A DNA stretch of 64,000 bases from Cyanophora paradoxa CCMP329 (lineage: Eukaryota > Plantae > Glaucophyta): positions 124,001 to 188,000 of the forward strand of contig QPMI01000432.1 of the NCBI GenBank assembly GCA_004431415.1. The letters run 5' to 3'. Both the position numbers and the translations under genes were made by a program. How positions within the stretch are numbered: the stretch's first letter is position 1; every line of letters begins with the position of its first letter. This document shows, piece after piece, positions 48,403 through 60,226 of the stretch. The notes below the pieces were generated by a model. It saw only the letters and a program-made list of their open reading frames with translations. It was not told where the DNA came from and ran no database searches.

Positions 48403-51400
48403 ATGAGCAGCACGGACACCAGCGACGGGGTCGCTTTCCACCAGGGCTTCAAGCGCTTACGCACCGTGCGCGGGACCCCCGCCCCCGCCGCCCAGCCCGC
48501 CTCGCCGCTGACTCGCTCTTCCCCTTCTGATGCTCAGGCACTCTTCACCGCCGCGCTGTGCGTGGCGCTCGCCTTTGCACTGGGGACGCCCGCGCCCGTG
48601 CAGGAGGCTGACGCCCCCGCCCGCCCCGCGCAGAAAGCTGCTCTTCGACCCGGATGGCGAGCAGTTCGAGCAGCCGTTCTTCCGCGCCGCGCAGGCAACG
48701 CCCCGCCCTTCGCTCCGGCCTCGCAGGCCCCGCCCTCAGAGTCCCGCGCCCCCCTCAGATTCTCGTGCTGGTCTGGAGCCGCCTCCTCTTCTTCCTCACC
48801 GTCTCGGGCTTCGAGCTCTTCTACACCGCCGGCGGCTTCGAGGGCGGCCACGCGCCCGACGTCCTCCTGCGCGTCCTGTTCGTGTACCCCGACGTGGGGC
48901 CGGTGGGGCGCCTCCGCATCCTCTGGACCTTCGTCGGCGGCGTCTCCGCCATCCTCCTCTTCCTCTTCGCCGCGCTCGCGCTCGAATTCCAGTTCGAGGC
49001 GTACCCCAACGCCGTCCGCTTCGCGCGGTGCCGTACCCCCAGCCCGGTTCCCCACCCCTAGCTGATCATGAGGATCCGGCAATGCGGCAGGCCGGTGGCG
49101 CTGCTGCTGCCGACGGCGGCGCTGGTGCCGGGCCTGGGAGCGGCCCTTGCGGTCCTCGCCTGCCCCGCCGGCGCCGGCTCGTGGCCGCAGACCTCGGCGG
49201 GGGCCTGCCCGGCGGCGGTGGGCGACGGCCCCTGGCTCGCCTCCCTTTTCTTCGCCCCCGTCTTCGTCCTCCTCTGCACTCTCTTCGCCCTCCTCGGGTG
49301 CGTACCCCCTTCTCTCCCACCTCCCCCCCCCCCCCCCCCCCCCCCCCATCCTCCGAGCCGGTGCGGCAGGGCGGACTACCGGCGGGCCTCGCCGAACGTG
49401 CTGGCGGCGACGTGGGGCCGCTTCGAGTACGCGTTCGTGGTCCTGCAGGCGGCGCTGATGTGCAAGCTCTTCCTCCTCCCGCACGCCAGCGGCGGGCACG
49501 CCCCCGTCCAGGCCGCCGCCTCCCTTGCCCTCCTCGCCGCCGCCCTCTGGTGGCAGCCCTACCACCGGCCCCCGCTCAACTTCGCCCACGCCGCCCTCGC
49601 CGCCGCCGGCCTCTGGGCGTCCGTCTCCCACCTCGCTGGCCCCGCCGTCCTCCGGCAGCGTGACGTCGCGTACTGGGCGGTCGCCCTGGCGCTCGGCAGC
49701 GCGCCGGCGGGCCTCGCCGGGGCGTACCTCTGCCGCCTGCGGCTCCTGCGGGTCATGGGCCGCCTCGTGGACGGGTTTCCCTCCTTCCTGAGGCCGGCCG
49801 ACGTGCCCGTCGCCCTGAGGGCCATCCTGTACCAGCCCCGCCGCGGGAGCTCCGGCTCGGGCTCGGGCTCGGGCTCCCGCTCGGGCTCGAGCTGGCGCCG
49901 CATCTTCGCGGTGCCCGTGCACCCGGCCGGGCTGGGCGAGACGAGCCTGGAGGGCGAGGCGGACACGCTCGAGTTCGCGGTCCAGCGCGCCCTCTCCGAG
50001 TACGGCAAGGAGGGCTCCGTCCTCGTCCTCGCGGCCGGCCTCGCGCTGGACGCCGGCAACGAGGCGCTGGCCGCGAACCACCTGCGCAAGCTGCGGCTGC
50101 GGGAGCGCGCGGGGCGCGTCGCCGGCGTCTCGGCGGTCGTCGGGGGCGGGGGGCGCCTGCGGGCGTGGGACGTGCAGTACGGCGCCTTCGCTGTCGAGTC
50201 CGTCCGCGCGCTCCTCCTCAAGGAGCGCGGCGAGGAGACCGCCGAGGTCCGCTCGGATCAGATCAGATCGATCCGACCCGATCTGATCGGGCTCCTGGCA
50301 GGTGCACGCGCTGCTGGAGCAGGCGGGGGCGCTGGAGCAGCGCGTGGCGCGGGCGCGCACGCTCTTCTGGAGCTACCTCCTCGAGGGCGAGGTCGAGGTG
50401 CATGCGCCGGCCGCCGCCCAGGCCGAGCTTGCCCTAAGCCAAGCCAACCGGCCCCCTCTAAACTAGCTGGCCCGCCTGACGCCGGGCGGCCCGCAGGTGG
50501 CGGCCCTGCCGGACATCGTCGCCGCCATCGAGCGCGCCAAGGAGCGCGTCGAGCGCGCCTACACCCTCGTGCGCGCGCGCGCGAGCGGCGCCGCCGCCTC
50601 TGCCCTCCCCGACGCCCCCGGGCAGCTGGCGAAGCAGTTCGGGGGGCACGCGGGGGTCTTCCGGCGCTGGGCCGCCTTCGCCTCCGAGGTCCAGCAGGTG
50701 CCCCGGCTAGCTAGCTGGCTAGCTTTCCGCCCGTCTGTCTGTCCGGCTGGCCGGCCGGCCGGCTGGCGGGCTGGGGGGCTGGCTGGCTGGCTGGCCTTCG
50801 CCACCTCTGGACTCACGGCGCGCGAACGCGGCAGGACTACGAGCGGGGGGCGGAGCTGGCGGCGCGGGCGGAGGAGGCGGAGGAGGCGGCGGCGGCGCGG
50901 CGGGCGGCGGCGCTCGAGGGGGCCGTCGCCAACCCCTACGGCCGCGCCGAGCTCGCCCGCCTCCGTCGCACCGAGCGCCACATCAGGTCCGGCCGCGCCC
51001 GTCCCGGCCCCTCTTTCTTGGCTTCGCTCACCGGCCTCGCCGCGTCGCTCGCAGCGGGCGCTCGGGGAGGAGCCTGGTGCGCGGGGCGACCTCCATCGCG
51101 AGCTCGGCGCACACGGCGTCGGCCTCCCCGGGGGGCGTCCCCTCCTCGGGCTTCCTCCTCCCCCGCCCGGGGCCCGGCCCCGCCCCCGCGCCCCCGGCCT
51201 TCTCCGGCCTCCTCGCCTCGTACGCGCCTCCGCCGTGGGGCGCCGCCGCGGCCGATGACTCGCTGGGGCGGCCGGCCTTCGTCCCGGGGCCCGCCCCCGG
51301 GGCCCCCCGGCTAGTGCCGATCAGCACATCTGAGACGTCCACCCTCAGCCTGGGCCTCATCCCGCCCTCGCCGGCCGTGGGCCCCTCGGATCCCCGGAAG

Positions 51401-54400
51401 CCCGACCCGCCCCCTCTCCCCCTCCTCAAGGAGGACGCCCCCCGGGCGCCCCAGCCGGCCCCCCCGGGCCCGGGCCCCGCCTTCGAGCTCGCCCCGCACC
51501 CCTTCGCCCGCGCGCCGCCGGGGAGACGGCGGGGGCGCCGCGGGGGCCGACCCGGGCGGGAGGATGCGCTCAGCGGGGCGGCGGCTCGGACCGCGTGGCG
51601 GGGCTGGGGCAGGGGCCGCCGGGGCCCGACGCGCGCTCCCAGCAGAGCATCGCGTCCCCCGAGGAGCTGGCGCGGAAGCGAGCCCACAAGGAGCAGGCGA
51701 GCCGCCGCCCAGCCTACCCCGCCCCTCCGCTTATCCTCGAGCCCGGCCTGGCTAACTCGCGGGGCTCGTCTGCGCGCAGCTGACGCGGGGCCGGATGCGG
51801 TCGGCGCGGCTGCTGACGGGCGCAATCGCGGCGACGATGGCGCTGACGCTCGTGGCGGGGGCGGCGCTGTACGGCGCGACCATCCCCTTCGCCGACGGCC
51901 TCCTGGAGGGCGCCGCCTCGCCGGGCGACCCGCTGGAGGGCACGGGCGCGGGGGCCGGCGACGTGCACGCGGCCGGGCTCCTCTGGCAGGCCGCCGTGCG
52001 GGCCGCCGCCGCGGCGCGGGCCGTGCAGCTGGCGGGCCGGGCCCGGGCCCGGGCGGGGGCGGGTGCCGCGGGCCCGGCGGCGGCGGAGCTCCGGCGCTGC
52101 GCCGACGCCCTCACGGCACTCGCCGACCGCCTCTACTGGACTCGGTGCGCCCTACCCCCCACCCTTCGAGGCCGATGCCGGGGCGGGGCGGGGCGGGGCG
52201 GGGTGGCTGACGGGGGGCGGGCAGGGGCGGCCTGGAGCCGCACCTGCGGGCCCTGTGGGAGGCCCCCGTGGTCGAGGTGCGCCCCCGCGCCCCCAAACAC
52301 TGGAGCATGCACCAGCCTAGGCTGCCCGGCCGCCTCCCCCCCTGCCCTAACGCGCCCTCCCCTCCTCCAGGTACGCCTCTACGACGGGGAGCGGGCCGGG
52401 GGCCCCTGGACGAGCGCCGCGGTCTCCTTCGCGGACGCCGTGGGCCGCCTCGCCCGCCGCGCCGCGGAGGTCGCCGCCTTCGACGCCGCCCAGGTGCGCC
52501 CTTTCGAGCTCGTCCGCTCGCCCGCACGCCCGCTCGTTCGTTCGCTCGTAAGAGAGAGCGACGCCGAATCTACCTTAGTCGCCCTGCGCCCCCCCCCCCT
52601 CCCCCCCCCCCCCCCCCCCGTCACCCCCCAACTAACGGCCGCCCCCCGCGCAGCTGGCGTCGGCGGCGGCCTCGCCGGCCTTCCGCTACGTGGTGGAGAA
52701 CGCCCCCGCGGGGGTCGCCGACGGGGCCGACGCCCTCCTCCGCGCCCTCGCCGACGAGGTCGCCAACGAGGCCGACCGCCACAGGCGCGCCCCCCCCCCC
52801 ACCCACTTGTTTTAGATCGAGTCTAGTCTTAGAGGGCGCTGCGCTCTAGATCTAGTCTGTAGGGGGCCCCGCCGCCGCCGCCACAGGCGCCTCCGCCCCG
52901 CTGCAGCCTACCGGCAACGCGGAGGGCCCTCCTCCTCCTTCTCCGCCCCTCTCACCGCCGCCGCTGCGCGCGCGCAGGCTGGCGGTGTACGGGGTCTTCT
53001 TCGGCCTCTACGGCGCGTGGCTCCTGGCGCTGCTCGCGCTGCAGCTGCCCACCGCGCGCTCCCTCTTCCGCGAGCGCGCCGCCGTCATGTCTCTCTTCCT
53101 CGAGATCCCCAAGGTGCCCGAAAAGCTTAAGAGCTAAAACGGAACTAGGCACAGTTCTACGCTAGGCGGAGTTTGCAAGTAGCTCCTCTGACGCGCAGGG
53201 GCGGGCGGCAGGCGACGGTGCGGGAGATACGGGACGAGCTGGCGGGGGGGCTCTCCAGGGCGGCGGCCGCCGCGGCGTCGTCGTTGGCGGCGCGGCGGCG
53301 CTCTTCGGTCGAGGGCCCCGGCTCCGCCACCGAGCGGACCCTCACGGACGGCGAGGGCGGGTCCAGCACGCCCCTGCGCTCCTCGCCGCCGGCGCTCCAG
53401 CCGCAGCCGCAGCCGGCGCCGCCCTCGGGCGTGCGCAGCCGGCGGAGCTCGGCGGTGCGGTTCGGCGAGGGGGAGGCGGCGTCCACGATGTCGCCGCGCA
53501 GCAAGGAGGAGGAGGAGGCAGCGGCGCGGGGGCGCGAGAAGGAGCGGGAGACGCGGGAGCGCGAGGCGCGGGAGCGCGACGTCCACCATTTCGTCCAGGT
53601 CCTCCCTCTCCCTCCGCCCCATCTCAGCCCTCCTGACCTGCCTCTGACCCTAGCGGGTGCGGCGGCGCCGCCCCCTGGAGCGCCTCGTGCTCCGCATCGT
53701 CGCCGCGAGCCTCCTCTCCGCCGCCCTCCCCCTCGCCATCTTCATGTCAGCGCCCGCGTCTCCTCAGACCCCTCTGAGAGGCCTCTGACGGCCCCTGCTG
53801 CAGCGTGTCGCTGCAGCTGACGGACTGGGCGGCGGCTGCCGCGGAGCGCCTGGCGGGGGCCGAGCGCCTCGGCGCCCTCGCCCCGCACCTCGCCCTCGCC
53901 CTCCAGGTGACCCCGGCTTGTTCTAGGCTGGGCGAAGTTAGAAGGGGAAGAGGGGGGCGCCCCGGCCCTTCGGGTCGGGCGCTGACGCCCCCCGCCCCCG
54001 CCAGGAGCACGCCCTCAACGCGACGGCCGCCGCCTCCCCCGCCGCCGCCGCCTCGCCGGCGGTGGCGGCGCGCGCCCGCGCCTCGCCGCCCGCTGGGAGG
54101 CCGAGGCGGCGCTCCTGCTCCAGGTCTGCCCCAGGGCGTTGCAGCCGCTTATTTGCCGCCGCGCGCTTGCCCCCCTCCCCTCTCACCTCGGGGCCTCGCC
54201 TCGTCGGGCAGGCGGGGCGGCGGTCGGCGTGGGAGCCGCACTACCGCTTCGGGGGGGAGGGCCCCGCGCAGCTCGCCGCCGCGGCCGCCGAGTTCGGCGC
54301 CGCCGCCGCCGGCTTCCTCGCCGCGGCGCCCCAGGTCCCCGCCCTCCACCCCCTGCCCCACGCCTTTCTTTGCTGAGGCGCCTTCTCCCTCCCTCCGCCC

Positions 54401-57400
54401 CCCCTTTCTCCGCAGCACCTCTCGCTCTCCGCGCCGCGCCTCGTCGCCGCCGCCTCGGCGGCGCGCCTGCCGCTCTCCCCGGGCCCCGCCGCCGACCCCG
54501 CCGCCCCCTCCCTCGCCTCCCGCCTCGCCGCCCTGCAGCGCGCCGAGGAGGCCGAGGTACACCCCGCCCATCCCCCGCCTCCACTCCAACCCGCCTTCCC
54601 TGACCTCCACACCTTCCCTCAGGTGCGGGCGGGGGCGGCGGGGGCGGCGCGGGGCCTGACGGTGGCCTTCGCCCTCTTCGTGCCCCTCCTGCTCCTCGAC
54701 GCCGCGCTCCTCCTCCGCCCCGCCATCCTCGGCGTCCAGGTCAGAAGGGGGAGGGGGAGAGGGAGGCGAGAAGAGAAGCTAGAGCGCGGGGCAGCTGGTG
54801 CTGCTGCACGCGCGCTAGATCTGATCCGATCCGATCCGATCTGACCTGATCTGCCCGATCGCTCGGCTAACGCCGCCGATCGCCCTCGCCCGGTGCGCAG
54901 GGGGAGCACGAGCGCTCCCTCGCCATGCTCCTCATGATCCCCGTACGCGCGGGCGCCCCCTCCCCTTTCCGGCGCCCCCCTCAACGCCGGGCAGACGGAG
55001 GTGGTGGAGGACGTGCCGGCCCTCCGCGAGTTCCTCGCCACCGGCCAGGTCCTCCCCCCGCCCCGCCCCGCCCCGCCCCGCCCCGCCCCTGGCGCGCCCG
55101 AAGAGTAGTGAAGAAAACTCGGCTTCGCCCAGCGTTTGCTTCAATTAAACTGCGCCCGCCTCTCGTGCGCTGCGGCTGACAAGGCTTCGCCCCCGCTCGC
55201 CCGCTCGCCGGGGAGCAGACGCAGGACGTGAAGCAGATGCTGGCGGACACGCGGGAGCAGACCAAGTCCATCCTCCAGGCGCCCCCTCCCCCTTCTCCCC
55301 TCGAGCCCCTCGCCCCTCCCCCCGCCGCCCCGCTCACGCTGGGGCGCAGGCGGCGGTGGACGCCGTCATCGTCGTCGACGACGAGGGCCGCATCCAGGTG
55401 CCCCCTCGAGGTCTAGCCCTCGGAGAGAGGGGGGGCGAGAGTCGATCGGGGCCCTGTCGGGGGCCCCGCCCCGAGTCGGATGGATGGATCTGGGCCCCGC
55501 CCCGAGTCGGATGGATGGATCTCCAGAGAGAGGAGGCTCCCAGAGAGAGGAGGAGTGGGAGAGAGAATCGAGCGGGGCCTCGGATGGATGGATGGATGGA
55601 TGGATGGATGGGTCTCGAAGACACGAGATGCGAGAGACTTACTGGGCTAGGCTACTGGAGATCTATGATGCGGTAGATAGGCTAGTGGGCCGGTTGGGCG
55701 GGGCCCGCCGAGCGCCTGCCACCGCGGGCGGGCCGGGGCCCTTCCGACCGCTGCGCGTCCGCAGGTCTTCAACCGGGCGGCGGAGGAGCTGCTCGGCTAC
55801 TCCCGCGACGAGGCCGTCGGTCCGCCCCCTCCCCGCCCCCGCCCCATCCAGCCGCCGCATCCCGTCTGACTCTGGCGGCCCGCACGCAGGGATGCCGATC
55901 TCGACGCTGCTGCCGGCGCTCCCCGTCGGCTCCTGGCGCGTCGACGAGACCCGTGAGCGCGAGAAGCGGAAGGAGAAGGAGGGCGAGAGGGGGGCGGGCA
56001 AGGAGAGCCTCCGCCGCCGCAAGGTGAGCGGGCGGCGCGGGAGGGGGACGCCGCCGGCTTCAATAGACTGGGCTGGCTTGAGGCCTCTACAAAATTAGGC
56101 CAGCCTGTGTCTGGCCCTGGCTCCCCCCCGCCCGCCGTCTGCCCCCCCGCCTCAACCCCCGCCGCCCTCTCAGATGAGCGTGCTGCGGGTGCCGGTGGGG
56201 GTGCCTGCGAACGCGAAGCGCGGGCGCGGCGGGCGCCTCGCCAGCGTCGAGACCGTCACCGCCCAGGTCTGAGCGAGCCAGAGGAAAGAGAGAGGGCGGA
56301 GAGCGCGCCCGAGAGAGCAAGCGTGCAGCCCTAGCTAGATCTAGACCCGGGCCCCCTCTCGGGCTCCCTGTCCGCACGCCGCGCCCCGCGCCAGCGCGTC
56401 GGCCGCGGGAGCGTAGCATCGAGCTTAAGCGCCCTCCTCCCTCCCCCCATCCCCCCGCAGATGGACATCGCGGCGCGGCGCAAGGACGGCACCAGGTCCC
56501 TCGCTTCGCTCACCCTCACCCCGCCCTCGCTCACCTCCTCCGGGGGCCCCGCAGCTTCCCGGCGACGGTGTCGCTGGGGACGGGGATCACGGCGGGGCGG
56601 CCCTTCTCCGTCCTCTTCATCCGCGACGTCACCGACCGCCGCCGTCCGCAGCCCCCTCCACCCTCCAGCCTCATCCAATCCAATCCAATCCTGGCGCGCA
56701 GGGCAGGAGGAGGAGCTGGAGCGGGAGCGGCAGCGCTCGGAGGCCCTCCTCGCCTCCATGCTCCCCCAGGCGAGCTCCGCCCCCGCCTGCCCCGCCTCCT
56801 CCCCGCCCCCGCCCCATTCGCCTCCGACACCACTGCGTGACTAGCGCCCTCCGCTGCCTCTCTCGCCTCGAACCCCTCCGCTCTGCCCCTGACTCGCCCC
56901 GCCCCCGCCCCTTAGGGGATCGTGGAGCGGCTGAAGGCGGGCGAGCGCGTCATCGCCGACCTCATCGACGAGGGTCCGCCCCCGCCCCGCCCCGCCCCGT
57001 CCTTGAGAGCCTTGGAGCCTTAGAGCCTTGGAGCCTTGGAGCCTTAGAGCGTCAGGCGCCAGAGCGGCGGTCTCTGAGCGCCGCCCCCGTCTGACCCCCG
57101 ACCCGCGCTTCGCCCCGCCCCGCCCCCGGCAGCGACGATCCTCTTCTCGGACCTCGTCTCCTTCACGACCCTCGCGGCGGGGATGCAGGTGCCGCCCCGC
57201 CCCCCTCCTCCTCCTCCTCAACCTCCTCCTCGTGTCCTCCACTGCTCACGCGCCGGCCTGGGCCGGGCAGCCGGAGGAGGTGGTCTCGCTCCTCTCCGAC
57301 GTCTTCGTCCGCTGCGACGAGCTCGTCGACGTCCGCACCCCCCGCCCCCGACCCGGAGGCGCCCTGAGCGCTCTGATGGCTTCTGACCGGCACCCCGCCC

Positions 57401-59289
57401 CGCGCGCAGGCGTACGGGCTGGAGAAGATCAAGACCATCGGGGACGCCTACATGGTCTTCACGGTAGGCCCCCTCCCCAACCCACCGCTCGCCCCTTTTA
57501 ACTGAATCCGGCTTCTCAGACGAAGCCGGCGGAGGTGATGGTGGACTTTGCTCTGGACATGGTCGAGGCGATGCACCAGCTCGCCGCCGAGCGCCGCCTC
57601 CCCGTCCAGCTCGTGCGCGGAGCTTACCGCCCCCCCTCCCCGCCCCTCCCCGCCCCGCGCCCCGCCCCGTCCGGGGCTGTAGCTCCTCTAGATCCCACTG
57701 TCTAGCACCGCCCCTCCCCTCCAGCTCGTCCGCCCCCCGAGCTCGAGCTCCTCGAAGCCATCGCCCACAGCTCACCGCCCCGCCCGCCCCCGCCCGCAGC
57801 GCGTCGGCATCAACACGGGCTCCCTCATCGGTGCCGCCTGCTTTCTTCGCGCCTCGCCCGCCCGCCTCGCCCGGCCTTGACGCGGGCCGGCCGGGCTGCG
57901 TGCGTGCAGCCGGGGTGATCGGGACGACGCGGCTCGCGTACGACGTCTGGGGCGACGCCGTCAACCGTGCGCCAGCGAGCGAGCAAAGCTAGCCGAGGGA
58001 GCCGAGGGCAGAAGGATGGGCGATAGATAGATAGACAGGGTCTTGCAGGGCTGGGCCCCTTCCCTTCGCCCCACCCCGCCCCGCCCCCGCCCCGTGCGCC
58101 AGCGAGCGAGCGGAGCCGGCCGCGGGATGGGCGATAGGATAATCTTGAAGGGCTGGGGCCCTTCCCTTCGCCCCGCCCCGCCCCGCCTGAGGCGCGCGCC
58201 CGGTCCCGCCCCTCGCGCGCAGTGGCGAGCCGCATGGAGTCGACGGGCCTCCCCGGCCGCGGTGCGCCCGCCCCGGGCAGGAGCCGCCCGGCGCCTGTCC
58301 AGCGCCAGCGCTGACGGCGGGGCGGGGCGGGGGCTGGGCAGTGAACATCTCGCCGTCGACGTACGACCGCGTGCGCTACAAGTTCGACGTCGAGGAGCGC
58401 CCCAACGTCCAGGTGGGGGGGCCCCACCGCAGCCGAAGGGGAAGCCGAGGCCTCCGCCTCCGACGCCTCGGCCTGGGCGCAGGTGAAGGGTAAGGGCCCG
58501 ATGACGACGTACCTGATCCGGGGCCGCCGCGCCCGCGCCGACATCAAGGCCGCCCTCCAGGTCCCCCCACCCCCCCACCCCTCTTTCCCCCGGGGGGGAG
58601 GGTCGAGGGTCGGCGAGGGCGTTCCACCAGAGGCCCCGGGGCCCCGAGAATAGACTCCAGGCTTCTGAGAGGCCTAGACCTAGGGGCGCGACCTGTAGCC
58701 CCCACTCCCTCCCCCCCCCTCTCCTTGCCCGCCTCGCCTCCGAGGAGCCGTCCGTCCCGGGTGCCTGACGCCGGCGGGGCGGGGGCAGGAGTCGGCCTCG
58801 CGTGCCTCGCGCTCGCTGCGCTCCCTCTCGCGCCGCTGGGACGCCCCCATCGAGCCCGAGGACGGGGACCGGGACCCGCCCTCGGACCCCGAGCTCCCCG
58901 CCTCACCCCGCGCCGCCTCCGACACGCCCCGGCGGCCCCGCGGCGAGCCGTCGGGGGCGGCGGCGGCGGTGCGGCGGCGGCTGCACGGGGCGCTCAACTC
59001 GTCGGAAGCGAGCACCGGGACGGCGACGCCGGTGCACCCGCGCGCCTCCGTCCTGCTCGACCTCGTCTCCAGCGCCCGCGGGCGCGACTCGCCGGCGCCG
59101 GCCCCGGGCGCCCCCGCCCTCGGCCCCGCCGCCTCCGGCTCCGCCGCCTCCTCCGGCTCCGCCGGCCCGCTCCCGGCCCCCGCCCCCGCCCCCGCCGCGC
59201 CCAGCCTGGTGCCCTTCACGACGGCCGCCGGGCCACCCGTCATTCTGAACCCCGTATTCTCCTTCCCCAGCATCCTCCCCTCCGCCTGA
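48403..59289 (+). CDS. Multi-TM TmcB-like protein with a PAS domain and a class III (adenylyl) cyclase domain
   Basis: N-terminal TM cluster, then a TmcB-like helical block (FWSYLLEG..IERAKERVERAY..VFRRWAAFASEVQQ|DYERG) and further TMs. PAS: AVDAVIVVDDEGRIQ|VFNRAAEELLGYSRDEAVG..ARRKDG..FIRDVTDR. Cyclase: SEALLASMLP, TILFSDLVSFT, EKIKTIGDAYM, RVGINTG, AYDVWGDAVN|VASRMES, VKGKGPMTTY. The K and D specificity residues indicate ATP as substrate. Confidence 0.9.
55582..55609. repeat. (GGAT)7 intronic microsatellite
   Basis: Read directly from the sequence. Confidence 0.9.
57002..57050. repeat. Intronic AGCCTT(G/A)G octamer tandem repeat
   Basis: ccttgagagccttggagccttagagccttggagccttggagccttagagc. 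Confidence 0.85.
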
Positions 59290-60226
59290 GGCCTGGGCCT
59301 GGGTTCGAGCCCGTTCCGCCCCCACATGTACACACAACGGCTTGCTTCTAGATCTCGTTTTGCTCGAACTTTCGGATTTCAAATCATTGAATCGCTTTCG
59401 CCATCAGTATTGGATATCTAGTCCACCGTTCGCCTGAGTGCTGTCGCCGAAATCTGCTTAGCAAACATGCCGTAGTTGGCCAATGCCGGCCTGGCAGCTT
59501 TGAATTTGTCCAACTGGAGAATCTTGATGTGCTTTGTACCCTAGTACCTCTAGTCCGTCGGTATTTATCTCGGAATCATTGCGGCATTTGTTGATTGCTG
59601 CGTTCATGATCAATGATTTTCTTCGTGATTTCTTCATAATCATGCTGCCGGCCGCGGGGGCCGTGCCCAACTTGCTGGCAACTCATGAGCTCCAAGGCTC
59701 CGAGGCTCGTGCAGCAAGCCTCGAAGCCTTGGAGCCTCGGAGGCCCCGCCGCTGACTCAGTAAAGCCTTAAGCTTGATTACGAGACTCGCTGGGCCCGCG
59801 CGCGGGCGGTCCGTGCACGTGGTCCGTCGCATGTACACATCATGGCATGTATCATACTAAGATAGGCATGAGGGGCCGTCGGACTCTGGCCACTTGCAAT
59901 TGCAGGTGGAATTGCAAATGGCCATGCGCCGCGCGGCGCATGCAAGGATTCCTAAGTCACTGAGTTCAGTGACGTAGACGCGCAGAAAGCCCCGGGCCCG
60001 GGGTAGGTGCAAGCGATCACTGGGGGCACGTCATGTCTAGTTGGACCACGCCGCTGAAGTCACCGGAGCTCGGAGGGGCGGCGGCAGCGCCACTGGGCGT
60101 GGCGATTGGACACGAGGGGGCCGGGCCAGGACTGGACGAGGGGAGGGGGGGGGGAGGAGGGGAGGGGGGCGGGGACCGGGAGGGGGGCTACAGCTAGCTA
60201 GCGAGCCTGCCAACCCTGCGGGCGCC

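Noticed and set aside
20300-59300. Many long R/P/A/G-rich ORFs in the supplied track, including antisense ORFs of 300-600 aa
   Set aside because: These are shadow ORFs caused by very high GC and few stop codons. They overlap well-supported spliced genes.
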